DNA of 64,000 nt from a virus (taxonomy: Duplodnaviria; Caudoviricetes). Positions 10,501-25,500 of the stretch are shown in pieces. Numbering within the stretch: the stretch's first letter is position 1; every line of letters begins with the position of its first letter. The notes beneath the pieces are model-generated. The model saw only the letters and a program-made list of their open reading frames with translations. It was not told the origin of the DNA and searched no databases. A program made the translations under genes and the position numbers. Where the stretch lies: the IMG/VR virus record IMGVR_UViG_3300026077_000001; one strand, given 5' to 3'.

Positions 10501-13500
10501 CTACAAGAAGAGATTATGCAACTACTATTTCATTAGATCAAGACGGTAGAACTATGATCGGTGGTTATACCGATGCTAACTCCTTGCAACCAGATGATAT
10601 GTGGGTTGCATTATTAGATCTTGATGGATCTATGATGGAGAAACGTAAGATTGCTTCTACTGATGTTAGTGAGCATTTACATCAGATAAAGTGGAAATCT
10701 AAGGATACCTTCCTATTCTGTGGTGTATCTGAACCTGATAATACATCTGACATCATAATTGGTGAAACTTATTATGATACTGCAACTATTGAGGTTGTAT
10801 GGTCTAAAAAAATCACTAATGCCAGTTATAAGTTTAAGAACCCAACATTCACCATTGATGAATATGGTGCTGTATATGTAACTGCTACAGCAGAAGATAC
10901 TAATGGTAAGGATTATGGTGTTTTATACACCAAGTTTGATGATGGTGACTTTACAGCAGCTGAGCAAAGTAGAATATTTGTTCCTACTGGAACCTATAAT
11001 GCTGTTCATAATGGTGGTGTAGAGTTTGATATCTTTGGTAATGTTGATGTATCTTGTTCTGTAGAAAGAGCATTTAATCAAGTTGAATCCACTACTCTTA
11101 AGATTGGTTGGAATACAGGTACAGTAATTACTGCTTCAACTGCAACTGAGACTGATGGTATTGGATTTAAAGCAATTGCTGTATCTAACGACAGTTCTGG
11201 TGACACAATTGTTGTTGGTAATAAGGTAGAAGCAGATCAGTTAGCGATATTTAACTGGAATACTGCTGATAACCTTGCTGATGACACATATAATGATACT
11301 CTTGCTACTGGAACTAACAAACAGTGGTATGCAACTGGTAATGCTGTAATTGATGATACTAAGAAGTATGATGGTGCTTCTTCAGTAAAACTAGATGCAT
11401 CTAATGCTATGACGATGCTCTATGGATCAGATGTTGCTACAAGCTATACTGTAGAAGCATTTTGGGCACTTTCAACTGCTCAGTATACTGCTGCTAACAC
11501 AAAACCAGAATTCTTCACTGTAACTGATGCTATAGGTAATACAGTTAAAGCTGGTCTTGATGCAGATCAGACAAGTCCCAACTATGGTAAGACTTGGATT
11601 GATATAACTGGTACTACAACATTCTCCACTGCTGCAAACTACCTAGCAATCTTTAATAACGAGGAGTTTATTCACGTTGCTTTAGTTAAAGATCGTGTAG
11701 GTGTTGGTGATTACAAGTATCGTGTATATGTTAATGGTATTGAAACACAGGTACTTACAAGTACAACAGTTGATATTAACCTTAAAGATGTAACAATTGG
11801 ATCTAATTCAACTCCTAACGCAACAAATAACTGGATTGGATGGATTGATAACCTAGTTGTCTCACCTACTGCTAAGTATGATGATACATTTACTTCTGCT
11901 TTAGTTACTGGTACTAATAGTATTGCACAAGGATTTGTTTATAAGATTGATAAGGACAAGACAGCATTAGGATCATTCAATCTTAACGATGTTGAGACAG
12001 GACATACCTTTAATATCGCCTCTGAGAGCAATTATACGTTTAATACCCAGAACGTTGCAATGAATCCTTGGACTATTGGTCCTGCTGGTATTCAAATTCT
12101 TGATTATGGTGATGTTATTTCTACACATCAGCCTGGTATATTCACTGTATCGTCAACAGATCAGTCATTTGGTAACAGAACTGCTACTATTCCGACTCCT
12201 GGTGGTAAGAAACTACTTCTTACAACGACTGTTGTACCAAAATTCTACTTTAGAGACGCAAAATATCAGTTAATTGACCTTGTTAAGACAATTAACTTCA
12301 ATCAGGCTGCTACTTTCACTAAGGGATCTATATTACAACAGTATTCAGTCATTGGTGGTAACGATGTTGTCTCTGGATATGGAACAATTGTTGAAGTTGG
12401 AACTCAATCTTGCAAGATTGGTAAGATTGCAGGTAGTTTTGACACTACAAAACTAGTAAAATCAACTGCTAATGATGTAAATGACCTTGAATGGAACTTT
12501 ACAGAGCAAAAGACTGACCCAATTTGGGCAACTAACTTTGTATATGCACAAGAAGACATAGTTTACAACGATAAGAAGCTATATCAGTGTACCTCTCCTG
12601 GTACATCTGGTACTATTGCACCTACTCATACAACTGGTATTGTATCTGATGGTGCTGTTTCTTGGGCATATTTGTCTGCATCTGGCATATATGAGGTAGA
12701 TTTAGCAAATACTTCATATAGTGGTTCTACTTTAGGTGCATTTGCTTCTTGGAAAGAATTCTCAGCTGAGGATTACACTATCAAGATCGAAGAAATATAT
12801 CAAGACTCTTCATTCATTAAAGGAGATACCATTGATGCCGATGCTGTTAATCTTCAGTTTGCTGTTGATGCTACTGGTAAGATTGCAACATTCACTGGTT
12901 TGACTGGTGTTAAGAAGATATCCTTGATTGCACAACTTAATAAGGACGTAATTCCTAGTGGTTCATTAGTAAATACTGACCTTGTTTACTGTTCTGCTTC
13001 TAGTAGACACAATTTTGTAGAAAATGAGATCATATTTACAGAGAACTTTGCTACAAATGACTATAATGGTTCGTTCTTCGTAGAAGAGGTCTTTAACTCA
13101 AGAGACTTCTCATTCCGTATGAGAGGTACTGCTGTACAGGATCCAACCTTTGCTGGTAGTGGAAATTCAGTATCTAACGTTAATATCTACGCAAAACATC
13201 CTAAATTCCTCTTTGTTAGAGGTCATCAGTACATATTTGACCTTGATGATGAATCTAACCTTGGATACTTCCTATCATTTTCTAGAGATAACCAGTATAA
13301 ACTGGAATATCCATTCATTAATATTATTAGAGAGGGTACACCTGGATTTACTGATGATGATTCACCAACTCCGTTGGTTAAATTCGTCATTAATGAGGAT
13401 GTTACTAATATTTCATATTACTTTGACCCATCTAGAACAGGTGCAGATTCACCAGTTGGAGAAGGATCCTTCATTGACGTTATTAAATCTCCTTATGATG

Positions 13501-16500
13501 GCACATTCAGAGTTACTTCTGTAACCGATGCTGGTAAAAAATTCGCCTTTAGACTATTAAATGAACCTGAAAAGACAAATGCTCCTGTTGGTAATAATGA
13601 ATTTGGCAATGCTCGTTCTTCTTACTCAACAACCTCAGTTAAGGCAATTGGTCCAATATCTGATATCAAACTTGTAAATGCAGGTGGATTCTATCAGAGA
13701 CTACCAATTGTTACTGATATTGCTTCTAACAGAGAAATTGAGAAGGTTAGAATCACAAATGGTGGTACTGAGTACGTAAATGGTGTTTACTATAACGTTC
13801 CTATTGATGGAGATGGTGAAGGTGCTATGTGCAACATCACTGTTCAAGATGACGGTGACTTTGAAGGTGTTATAACTGATGTTGTCCTTACATCTGCAGG
13901 TAAAGGTTATAAGACTGCTTCTATTGATGTAGATGCTATACCAGGTATCCTAGGACCTTTACTTGCAGGTTCTGGTGCAGTACTAGATGTTGTCATTCCT
14001 GATGAAGGATCAGGTGCATCTGTATTCTTACAAGGTAAATCAATTGGTAAGATCAAGAAACTTAAGAATAATGAGTTTGGTTTCGGTTATTCACACGATT
14101 ATACACTGAGACCTGAAATAACTTTCCCTGTGAACCTTCAGCTGTTTAATACCGCTTTACTCGCACAGATCAAGATAACTGACCCAGGTGCTGGATATAC
14201 TTCAGTTCCTGCTGTTGTAATTGAAGGTGGTGGTGGATCAGGTGCTAAGGCAGAAGCAATTGTTAAGAATAATCGTCTTTCTGAGGTTATTATTAAGGAT
14301 CCTGGCTCAGGATACAGTTCTGAACCTTCAGTTACACTTAAATCAGAATTTAACTACGTTGTTAACGTTGATTTAGGTTATTTACAGTTCAACTTCCCAC
14401 ACGGTATCACAACTGGTGCTGAAGTTCAGTTAAGAGCAGAAGACCTAGGATCAACCGTAGGTATTCTTCCAAAACCTAGTTCTGCAGGTTTGGTTAGCTT
14501 GAACTCAAATCAGACATACTATGCTATTGCTGGTGAAGCAAATTCACTTGAATCAGACCAATTACGTATCTCTCTAACCAAGTTAGATGCTGAATCTGGT
14601 TCTTATATCACATTCTTGACTCAAGGTGAAGGTAGACAGGTACTACTCACCGAGGTATTTGGTGGTAAAGCAACTGCTATCGTTGAAACTTCTAGATTCC
14701 TTGCAGGTGAACTTGTTTATCAGGGTACTTCACTTGAACTCGCATCTGCTACTGGTTATGTTTCTACTAACGAAGGTTGGCAGATTGGACCTAGAATCCT
14801 TAAACTTGAGAACTATGATGGTGTTTGGAGATCTGGAGAGCGTGTAACTGGTGAAGTTTCTCGTGCATCTGGTTTGATTGATAACCTATCAATCGCTACT
14901 GGTACACTGAATATTGCTTCTCTAACCAATACTCCTGGTCAATTTATCGATGACGTTGGTAAACCATCTGAAATTGTTCAAAAAATACAAGATTCTTACT
15001 TCTATCAGAACTTCTCATACGTTATTAAGTCTCAAACACCTATTAACCAGTGGAGAAAGCCTGTATTAGAAACAAACCACCCTGTTGGTTTCAACCTCTT
15101 CGGTGAACTAGCAATCACTGGTGGTAAGGATATTTCTGGAAGAAAGGTTGTATCTGACCTTATTAAAGAAGTTAATATCAATAGTTTCACTAATATTAAT
15201 CAAATTACATCATTTGCTAACGCACAACCCATTTATACTCAGTTTAATAATACTGAGGTACTGTTCAGACAGAAGAGATTAACTAACTCAGAGGAAATCT
15301 TAACCTCTATCGTTAAGAAGATTGATAACATCTCTGATGACTTTGATGGAATTAAAACCCAATTCCCTCTTAATGTAGAAGGTAGTTCCATAACTGCAGC
15401 AGATAATCAGATGTTTATCTTGATTAATGGTGTTGCACAGTCACCAGGTACTGCATTCTCAACAGCTGGACCTTCTGTTGTCTTTACTGAAGCACCTAAA
15501 GCACCTTCTAGAATTAAGTTCCGTGAAGCAGTTTATGCTCAGAAAGTAATCACTAGAATGACATTCAGTTCTATTGGTGGTATTTTCCCACTTTTAGGTA
15601 ATACTGTTCGTGGTTTGGTATCAGAAGCAACTGCAACTTGCATAGATTCAGGTGTTGACTATATTGACGTTATTGACATACAAGGAACCTTCCAACTTAA
15701 TGAAAGTATAATGGGTTCACAAACTGGATTCAATTCTACTTTAAGTGATGTTTCTCCTATAACTTCTAAGACTATCTACGAACAAGGTGAGAGAATCACT
15801 AATTTGGCTGGTAATTTTGCTATTATTGAAGAGAATAACTTACAAGATGGTGTTATTACTAATGAACTAGTTCTTTCACGTACTTCTGGTACTGCTAAGT
15901 ATGAGACTGGTGAATTTAATATCAAGTTCAATGATATCATTTATTCTGCACGTTCTAAGATTGCAGCAACTATTACAAGTATTGCACCTTATCAGGATGA
16001 TATATCTAACCAAATTATTGATCAGGTAGACCTATCACCTAGTTCTTCCTTCTTTGGATTAGTATTCCAGAGGGTACCTTCTATTACCTTCCCTAATAAG
16101 ATACTTGATAACATATCAGAAACAGTTATTAACCCTGTTGAACTATATGATCCTGAGACAGCTAATAACCAAGACTTCCTAGACTTTGAGAGAGTTCGTA
16201 ACCAAGAGATACGTTATGACAATTTAACTGGTACTGACTTTGCTGCTGGTTCTGACATTCGTCTTAAGAAGATTTACTTTGGTAATTCATCTCTAAGAAG
16301 GACTCACGATGTACGTCTTAATGATGCTTCTAACGCTTTGCAGCGTAATGCGAGATTTATCGCTGAAGAAGCCGTGGGAGCAATGTTAGATTTCTACCCC
16401 TCCTTCCAAATCAATACTGGTAGAAATGCAGATTGTGAAGATGATATTGTAGATGCTATCAATATGATGGCTTGGCAGTTAGAGTTTGATGGTAACTCTG

Positions 16501-19500
16501 AAGTTTGGGATATTGCTAATACTTACGTTCAAGGTAACACTGTATATCACGTTGATGGTGCTGAAGCTCAAACAGTTTGGGCAATGAATAAAGCACGAGA
16601 CTTAGCACTCCAGTGCATAAGAATGGAGGATATTGATACTTCATTTACTACATTACAGCAGTGGAGAGACTTAACTGTTACTGGTGAGTATAGTGTAACT
16701 GATAATAGTCACGCTGATGCTAGAGCACTATTACTTGCTAACAAGTGGTATATCGCTCACGAAGCATTGTATTATGCTAAACAACAGAATCCTGGTTATA
16801 CAGTATCTGGTGGTGACTCACATTGCTTGTCAGATATAGTTGATGTTGTTGAAGCAATTGCATATAACACTGCTGTTGGTGGTAATGACTTTGTTTGGGA
16901 AGCAACAGATCGTATTCTTCATTATGGTACTGTAACTGGTGATATCGATACTATGGTAGATGCCTTTACTAAGGCAAGAGATATAGCAATTAATGTTCAG
17001 AGGAACGTTGTATATGCCAAGCAAGATACTTCACACGGTTGGACACAATTTACTGATAGTGGTATTACTGCTGATGGTGCATCTCCTGCTTGTCAGGCAC
17101 CTGCTGCAACAATAACCACCCTAGCGAATATTCTGATTAATGCCCTAGGTACTACTGCATCACCTGGAACTAGAGCAGCATTCCAAGCTGGAACAACGAA
17201 GACTGAACCATCTACTGCTTTGATGGCAAATCCTTCTACAACTGCTTGTGTAAACGTAACATCTGCTATTACTAATTACTTTGCAATTATCACTGATTCA
17301 TTACAGGATCCAACTGGTGCTGCACCTGGAACTTATCCTTGGTCTATTTCAAATGTAACTAGAGTTGCACCTCCATATTCATTCAGTGATTCTGAGACAC
17401 TTAAGTCTATTAAGCACGCTTATAAAGATAAGTCTTCTGGTGGATTCTTTGTCTTCGGTGAAATTGTTAAAGGTATAACATCTGGATCTACTGCTGAGAT
17501 CATTGGTTCTAATGCAGGTAATAAGTGGATCTATAGTAAACAACCTTCAGGAGCATTCAATGATGGAGAATACATTACTAATAGTCTTTTAGTTAATACT
17601 AACGTAACTGTAGATAATTTAGATTATGCTGCTGGTGCTGGATCTCTTGAATTTAATGGTAGTGCATATCTAACACATCCATCTACTGAGAAAGTTGCAT
17701 TTGGTGATGGATCTATTCCTGATGGTAACTTCACTATAGAATTATGGGTTAAAGCAACAGGTGTTAGTGGTAACCAAACATTATTAGATTTCCGTACTTC
17801 AACTGGTGATACAAGTTCTGCTTACTTGATTATGGTCAATAACACTGTTCGTTGGAACACTGGTAATGTTGACAGAATAACATCAAGTGCAAATCTAGCA
17901 GCAAATACTTGGACTCATATCGCTATCGTAAGAAATAGTGGTGCTACAAATATGTACGTTGGTGGTACTAAGCAAACCACAACTTATACTGATAACACCA
18001 ATTATGGCAATATGCCAGTTAAGATTGGTGCTAATGCTGCTAATGCTCAAGCATTTACAGGTAATATGGAGAACCTAATGATTAAGTTAGGTTCTACTGC
18101 TGTTGATTATACTAGCGACTTTACTCCTAGTGGAACTTATGATGATACAGATATAAATCTTAAGTTTGGATTTAATGGTGAAGCACCTATTCCTATTATT
18201 AAGGGTGAAATTTATGCTACATTCCAACAAACTATAACTTCTACTGCTACTGCTGAGGGTGTAGAACTATGGCGTGATGAGATTATGACTGAGGGAGTTG
18301 ATCTTTCTCGTGATGATTATGTTGATTGTGCAGATATTATTGACAAGAACAAGTACTGGATTGCTGAAGAAGCAGTCGGTAGAATGAAGGCTATGTATCC
18401 TGACTTTGTGATACCTGGTGATACTGGTACTTCAGATCAAGGTACACAAACTTGCTTAAGAGATACTTATGAATACATTATACCTGCTATCGTTAATGAT
18501 CTAAGGTATGGTGGTAACTTTAATAGTATCGTTGCTGCAAGAGGATATCTTGCTAACCAAGAAGGACAATTAGCACACGTTAACGGAGAATTGCTTCAAT
18601 CCATCTATGCTTGGAGAGAAGTTGGTAAACTTTGCAATACTGTTATTACTGCTAATGCTGATGACCTAACTGGTGAGCATACAACACGTATTCGTATTCC
18701 TAACTACTTCTCATCTCCTGCAGCTGCTGGTATACAGACCTTTATTACTGATCTAGTAGATAGTTTACTATTAGTTCTTGGTCCTACAGGTAATAGATTT
18801 AGAGATGGTGCTGATTTACTATACTTCAACCGTAAGTGTATCGCTGATGAAGTTGCTTTCTGGTTAGAAGAACAGTATAACGTAACTATTAACTTCATTC
18901 AGGAAGATAAGTTTGACATTCCTGGTGGTACTCCAGGTCGTGATAAGTGTGTTCGTGACCTTAGAGATCATATTATACCTGCTATTGCTGGTGACTTATT
19001 AACTGGTGGTAATGCTAACGTTCAAGGTATTATTGATCAATACTTAGATTCTACAGGTAAGATCATTCAAGTTGAAGAAGAATTACTTCCAATGCTTGAT
19101 GCAATTGGTTACTCTAAGATGTTGATGGAGAAGGCACTACAGAATGCTTTAGTTGGACGTAGTGAAAACCTTGCAAATCTTGCTGGTACAACTGCTCAAA
19201 CTATTGACGACTTCTTCCAATTCCAATATACAGATTTCGCTGCATTCCGTAAGGATCAGGCAACTGAACCTACCTTCTTACACGATCCTCAAATCTATGC
19301 AGGTTCTCAGAGAGCATTAGATGCTGCTGATATGCTTGAAACTAATAAGCGTGCTATTGCAGGTGAAGCAGTTGATCTTATGCTTAAGTGTTCTGCATTT
19401 AAACATTATCACTTCAGTGTTAAAGGTGGTAAGAATCATTGTGAAGATGATATTGTTGACGTTATCGAAGCTATCATTCACGACCTTAGATTCAATTCTA

Positions 19501-22500
19501 ACTCTGCAACTTATGATGCAGCGATGTTATATCTGAATACTGAGAATGGACTGAAGCACGTTACTGATGAGACTGAAGAAACTGCCTTTGCTATGAAGAT
19601 GGCTAGGGATATGTCTGCTTTGGCGATCCAGAACAAGTTAGGGTTTAATCCCTACCCTGATTATTCTGCAGGTGGTGGAGCTGGTGGCGGTCAAGGTGGC
19701 GGTGGCGGCTTCGGTGGAGGTGGCGGTGGTCAAGGTGGTAACCAAGGTGGCGGTGGTGCAGCACGTGGTGATTATGATAATAATGAGTCTGGTAATAAGG
19801 CATATAACGCTGCTGATGAAATTAGAAATAACTTAAGATTTATTGCTTCTACTGCTGTTGGTCGTGGTGTTTCTCAGTACCCATCATTAGGATTTGGTGG
19901 ATATGGTTATCAGTCTTGTGTTGATGATTGTGTTGATATTTTAGAAGCATTGATATTCAACTTATCACACGGTGGTAATAACAAGATGTGGTATGCCACT
20001 GAGTTCTATGTTACTGATGCTAATGCTGTTCAGCATATCAATGGTCAACCAAATGAAGTTAAGTATGTATTTGAACAAGCAAGAGATATTGCTATTCAAG
20101 TAATGAGACAACAGTTAGTTGCTACTAATGGTTATACAGAAGGTGATCCAGTATATGATGATGAAATTACTATCGATCAACAAACTGCATCTGGTCAACA
20201 TACTCCAACAGCAGCAACTTATGATCCTGCAACTGGTGATTTAGTTTTAACTTTAGGTGCATCACACAATGTAACTACTAACGATACAATTAGAATTAAT
20301 ACAAATTCACTTGTATTCACTTGTGATCAAGATGATCATCAGACTCAACATACTTATCCAAGAATTTCCGACCCAGCAGCTGTTGCTTTACTACCCGTCA
20401 CGAACGTAAGTGGTAACGATATTACAGTCAATGTTGGTATAACAGAGAGAGTTAACTTTGATGCTAAAGATTCTACTTATGATCCTGAAACAGGTCTATT
20501 AACTCTTGATATTGGATCTCATAGTTTAAGAGAAGGTCAAACACTTAAGATTCTTCAGGATGAATTAAATTATCGTTGTTCTCAGGATAATTATAGATCT
20601 ATTCATAAGTATCCTCGTGCTACTGATCCAGCAGTTGATAAAGCATTAGATATCGTTTCAGTTGGAACAACTCACCATACAGCAACTTGGGCAGACTTCA
20701 ACCCTGTTACTGGTATGTTGAATGTTACCGTTCCTAATCACGGATTTAAGAATGGTGACAAGATTAGACTTGCTAACGATTCTATGACATTCACTTGTGA
20801 TATGGATGAGCATTACAGCAAGAAAACATATCCAAGACTGTCTGATCCTGCTAGTGGACGTTTCCTACCAATCTCAAACGTAACTAAGAATACTTTTGGG
20901 ATGAGTATTGGTAAGACTCCTATCAAATACTTCACACCATCTCAAGCAAACTATGATCCTGAAACAGGTGGTTTAGAACTCATACTTGGTGTACACGGTT
21001 TAACAACTGGTACTCATATTAAGTTAGCACCTAACTCCTTAACATTTACTTGTAAGGAAGATGATGATGCTACCTTCCACACATATCCAAGAGCTCAAAC
21101 AACTACTGTTACTCCATCTGATGCTTCTTACAATCCTGTTAATGGTCACTTAACTGTTACTGTTGCTAACCACGGATTCAAAGTTGGTGAAATGGTTCAC
21201 GTTGAGAAGAACGGAATTGTGATGACTTGTGATATGGACGGAAATGCTTCTGAGCATCCATATCCAAGACAAGATGACCCTGCAAACAATTCTTGGATGA
21301 GAATTGAAGCAGTATCTACAAATACATTTACCTTTAAAGTTGGTGAATCACCTAAAGTAAGTTTCACACCAACAGCAGTGGATTACACCCCTACTACTGG
21401 TGATATGAAGATGACCATTGGTAATCATAGTCTTACTGCAGGAACTGCACTTAAGATTGCTGAAGGTGGTATTACATTTACTTGTGCACAAGATAGTCAT
21501 CAAACTCTTCACCCTTATCCTAGAAATACAACTTATACAGTATCTGACATTAATAACGGTTCTTATGATCCTGAAACAGGAATAATGACCGTTACAACTG
21601 CTGCTAATCACGGTCTTCAGGATGGTGATAAAGTTAAGTTTGCTGATGGTGCTATTACATTTACTTGTTCTATGGACGGTAATGGTTCTAACCATCCATA
21701 TCCAAGATCAACTGACCCTGCATCTGGTAAGTGGTTAGAGATTGATGTAACTGGTAATACAACATTTACTGTTAATGTTGGTAAGACTCCTACTGTTGGA
21801 TTTGCTCCAACAATGGTTGATTACAATCCAACAACAGGTTTAATGACATTGACCATTGGACAGGGACATAATTTATCTGTTGGTCAATCTGTAAGGTTCT
21901 CTCAGAATTCACTTACATTCAAATGTGCCTTTGATAATTATGCTACTGATCACTCATATCCTCGTGCTTCAGGTCAAGGTGGTGCTACTCAAGATGACCC
22001 ATTCTATGATACTGCTTGTGCAATTACTCAGACTACAGCAGACACAATTACAGTTCAAGTTCTAAGTTCACAACCATCTACTAACACAACTGCTCATACT
22101 TGGCAGGCTCCTACTAAGTTAACTCCAACTGGAGCATCATATAACCCATCAACAGGTGTTATGTCTCTTACTGTTACTGGACACGGTATGGTAAATGGAG
22201 ATCATATTAAAGTTGATGATAATTTTGTAACCTTTACTTGTGGTCAAGATAGTGATCAAACTAATCACTCATATCCAAGACCAAAAGATCCTGTATCTAA
22301 TAAGTTTATTCCTATCACATACATTGATGCTAATACCTTTAGTATTCAAGTTCTAGAGAATGTACCTTCAACCAATACTACAACTCACAACTTTGTAAGT
22401 GCTGTTGCTAATAGTATTGAGAGATGTGTTGTAAGAGCTGGTGGTATTTACACACACGCTTATGTTTCTTCAACTGCTGGTTCTCTAACTGCTAAGAAAG

Positions 22501-25500
22501 ACCAAACATACGATTCATCAGTTAACATTAAGTACGAAGGTACTCCAATGACTGCTGCAAGTGGTACTACTTACAGTGGAACTACAGGTATTCTTGAGGT
22601 AACAACATCTGCTAATCACGGATTAGTTGTTGGAGATTATGTTAAGTTAAGAGATGGTGCAGTAACCTTTACTTGCTTAGAAGATAGTAATTCTTCTAAC
22701 CATCCTTATCCAAGAGCAACTGATCCAATTAGTGATAAGTGGATTAGAGTTATGACTGTTCCAAATGCAACTACATTTAGTGTACAAGTATTAGATGCTA
22801 TTCCATCTTCAAATACTACAACTCACACATTTGTTTCTGGTCTATCTAACGGAATTATTAAAAAGGATGATACTATTACAGTTAATGTTGGTATCTCTTC
22901 TAATACAACTGCTCATATCTTTAAGGAAGCAGTACCTGCTTGTATAACAACAGGTGGTAACTACACTCACACATTCGTTCGTGCTGAAACTAATTGTATT
23001 ATTAAGTCTAAAGACCCTGTATATGGTAACTCTTTAGAAATTACAGGTACAACTGCTACTTCTATTACTCTAAACGTTTTACCAGTTGTTCCATCTACTA
23101 ACGTAACTCAGCATACATTTATATCTGCCACAAATAATTGTGTAACTACTGGTGGTAATTACAGTCATAAGTTTATTTCTGCTGAGAAGGATGGTGTAGA
23201 ACTAGAATCTGGTTCTGTTACTGTTAACGTTGGTACAACACCTGCTGTATTCTATAGCGTTGGTGATGCTAATTATGATGGCGAAACTGGCGATATGATG
23301 ATTAAGGTTGGTGCTCATAAGTTAATCGATGGTACTACTATTAAGATTGCAGATGAAGCATTAACATTCACCTGTGATATGGATAGTCACGCTTCAGAGC
23401 ACGTTTATCCACGTCTAACTGACCCTGCTAGAAACACTGCTTTAAAAATAAAAGAGTCAAGTTCTAACTCTCATACTATTACTGGTGCAACTTATACTCC
23501 TACAAGTGGTGTATTAACTGCAACTATTAATAATCACGGATTCCAGTCTAAGCGTACAATATCTCCAACCTTTGCTAAGTTCGATCCAGCAACAGGTGAT
23601 TTGGAAGTTTATTCTGCAGACAACAGACTTGCTGTTGGTGATAGTGTAATGATCGATGATGGTGCTATTACATTCAGATGTTCTAAAGACCAATACAGTT
23701 CAACTCACCCATATCCAAGATCAACTGACCCTGCATCAGGAACTTACTTAATAGTTAAGAAAGCATCTAGAAATAGATTCACAGTTAATGTTGGATCAAA
23801 TGCTTTAGGTGGTGCTATCTCTGATCAGAGTATTCACGTATTCGAAGCATCTAATGGTAATAGTATTCACGTTGCTCCTACTTTAGTTAAGTTTGATCTT
23901 AATTCAATTACATTCAATTGTACTAAGGATAGCAACGCTACTAACCACACATATCCAAGAGCAGATGATCCAGAAGCAGGACATTGGTTAGAAGTTCTAT
24001 CAACACCTGATGCCAATACATTCACCTGTAATGTTGGTATTGCTGGTGGTGGTAACTTTGCCCATACATTTGTTGGTGCTACTGCTGGTGGATTAAAAGA
24101 ACAGACTGGATGGGTTACTGTTAACGTTGGTGCTACTCCTTCAACTGGACATACAGTTTCTACTGCTAACTTCAACGCAATTACAGGTACAATGGTACTT
24201 GGTATAGGTAACCATTACTTTAACAAGCACGACAATATTAGAATTTCACCTGATTCATTAACATTTACTTGTGGATTAGATAGCAACCAGACAAATCATA
24301 CTTATCCAAGAGCAAATACTGTAGTAACTCAACCAACAGCAGCATCATATGATCCTGAAACTGGATATATGCTTCTAACATTGAACAACCACGGATACTC
24401 TAATGGAGACTTCGTTAAGTTTGAGTTAAATGCATTTACATTTACTTGCACAATGGATAACAATGGTTCAAGCCACACATATCCACGTGCTACTGATCCT
24501 ACTTACGGTAAGTGGTTACCAGTAGAGGATGTACAAGCAAATACATTTAAAGTTCAAGTTGGTAAAACACCAACTACAGGATTTGAACCTATCTCTGTAA
24601 GTTACAACCCAACTTCAGGTGTTATGGAGATGGAGATTGGTGAGCACGAATTTACTACTAATCATAAGATTCGTATCGCTGCTAACTCATTAAACTTCAG
24701 ATGTGCTCAGGATAATTATCAAACAGATCACTTATATCCACGTATCGGAGATCCTACTTATCAGTCATCTGTTCCTATTATTGCAACAACACCTACTACA
24801 ATTTCTGTACAGGTTCTTGCTTCACAACCTTCTACAAACACTACAACTCATCAGTTTGTACAGCAAGTAGGTAAGACACCAACTGATATTAATTACAATC
24901 CTATTACAGGTGTTATGACTGTGACTATTGCTAATCACGGTTATAACGATGGTGATATGATCAAGATCGCTGAGAACTCACTCACATTCACTTGTGATAA
25001 AGATAGTCACGCTAGTGATCACGTTTATCCAAGAAGAACAGATCCATTCTGGGATAAGTGGATGGTAATTGATACTGTTACTCAGGATACCTTCAATGTT
25101 AAGGTTCTTGAGACTGCACCTTCTACAAATACTTCAACACATATCTTTAAGTCTTGTACTGCTAATTGCATAACAAGATCTGCAATCAGAGGTGGTGGTA
25201 TTTACACACATACCAATACTGGAATTGCTTCTGGAGGTATGATCCATAAGAAGGATCCATTCTATCAGCGTGGAATTAACATTGATCAAGTTGGATACAC
25301 TACTCATACTGTAACCAATGCTAAGTATAACCCCAATACTGGTGTGATGAATCTCACCATACCGAATCACGGGTTTACTACCTCTCTCCAAAAGACAGTA
25401 ACTGGTGCTACTTACGATGTAACAACCAGTATGTTAAGGATAACAAGTGCTGCTCACGGAATGAAGAATGGTGACAGAGTAAGAATTGCTGATAATTCTA

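Larger units (their letters stand above)
16300..20120 (+). repeat. Six alpha-helical repeats (DA..L..N..FIA.EAV...C..D...II.A...GGN); a seventh degenerate copy at about 27240-27560
   Basis: Copies start at about 16315, 16705, 18320, 18800, 19310 and 19800 in the translation. Confidence 0.75.
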
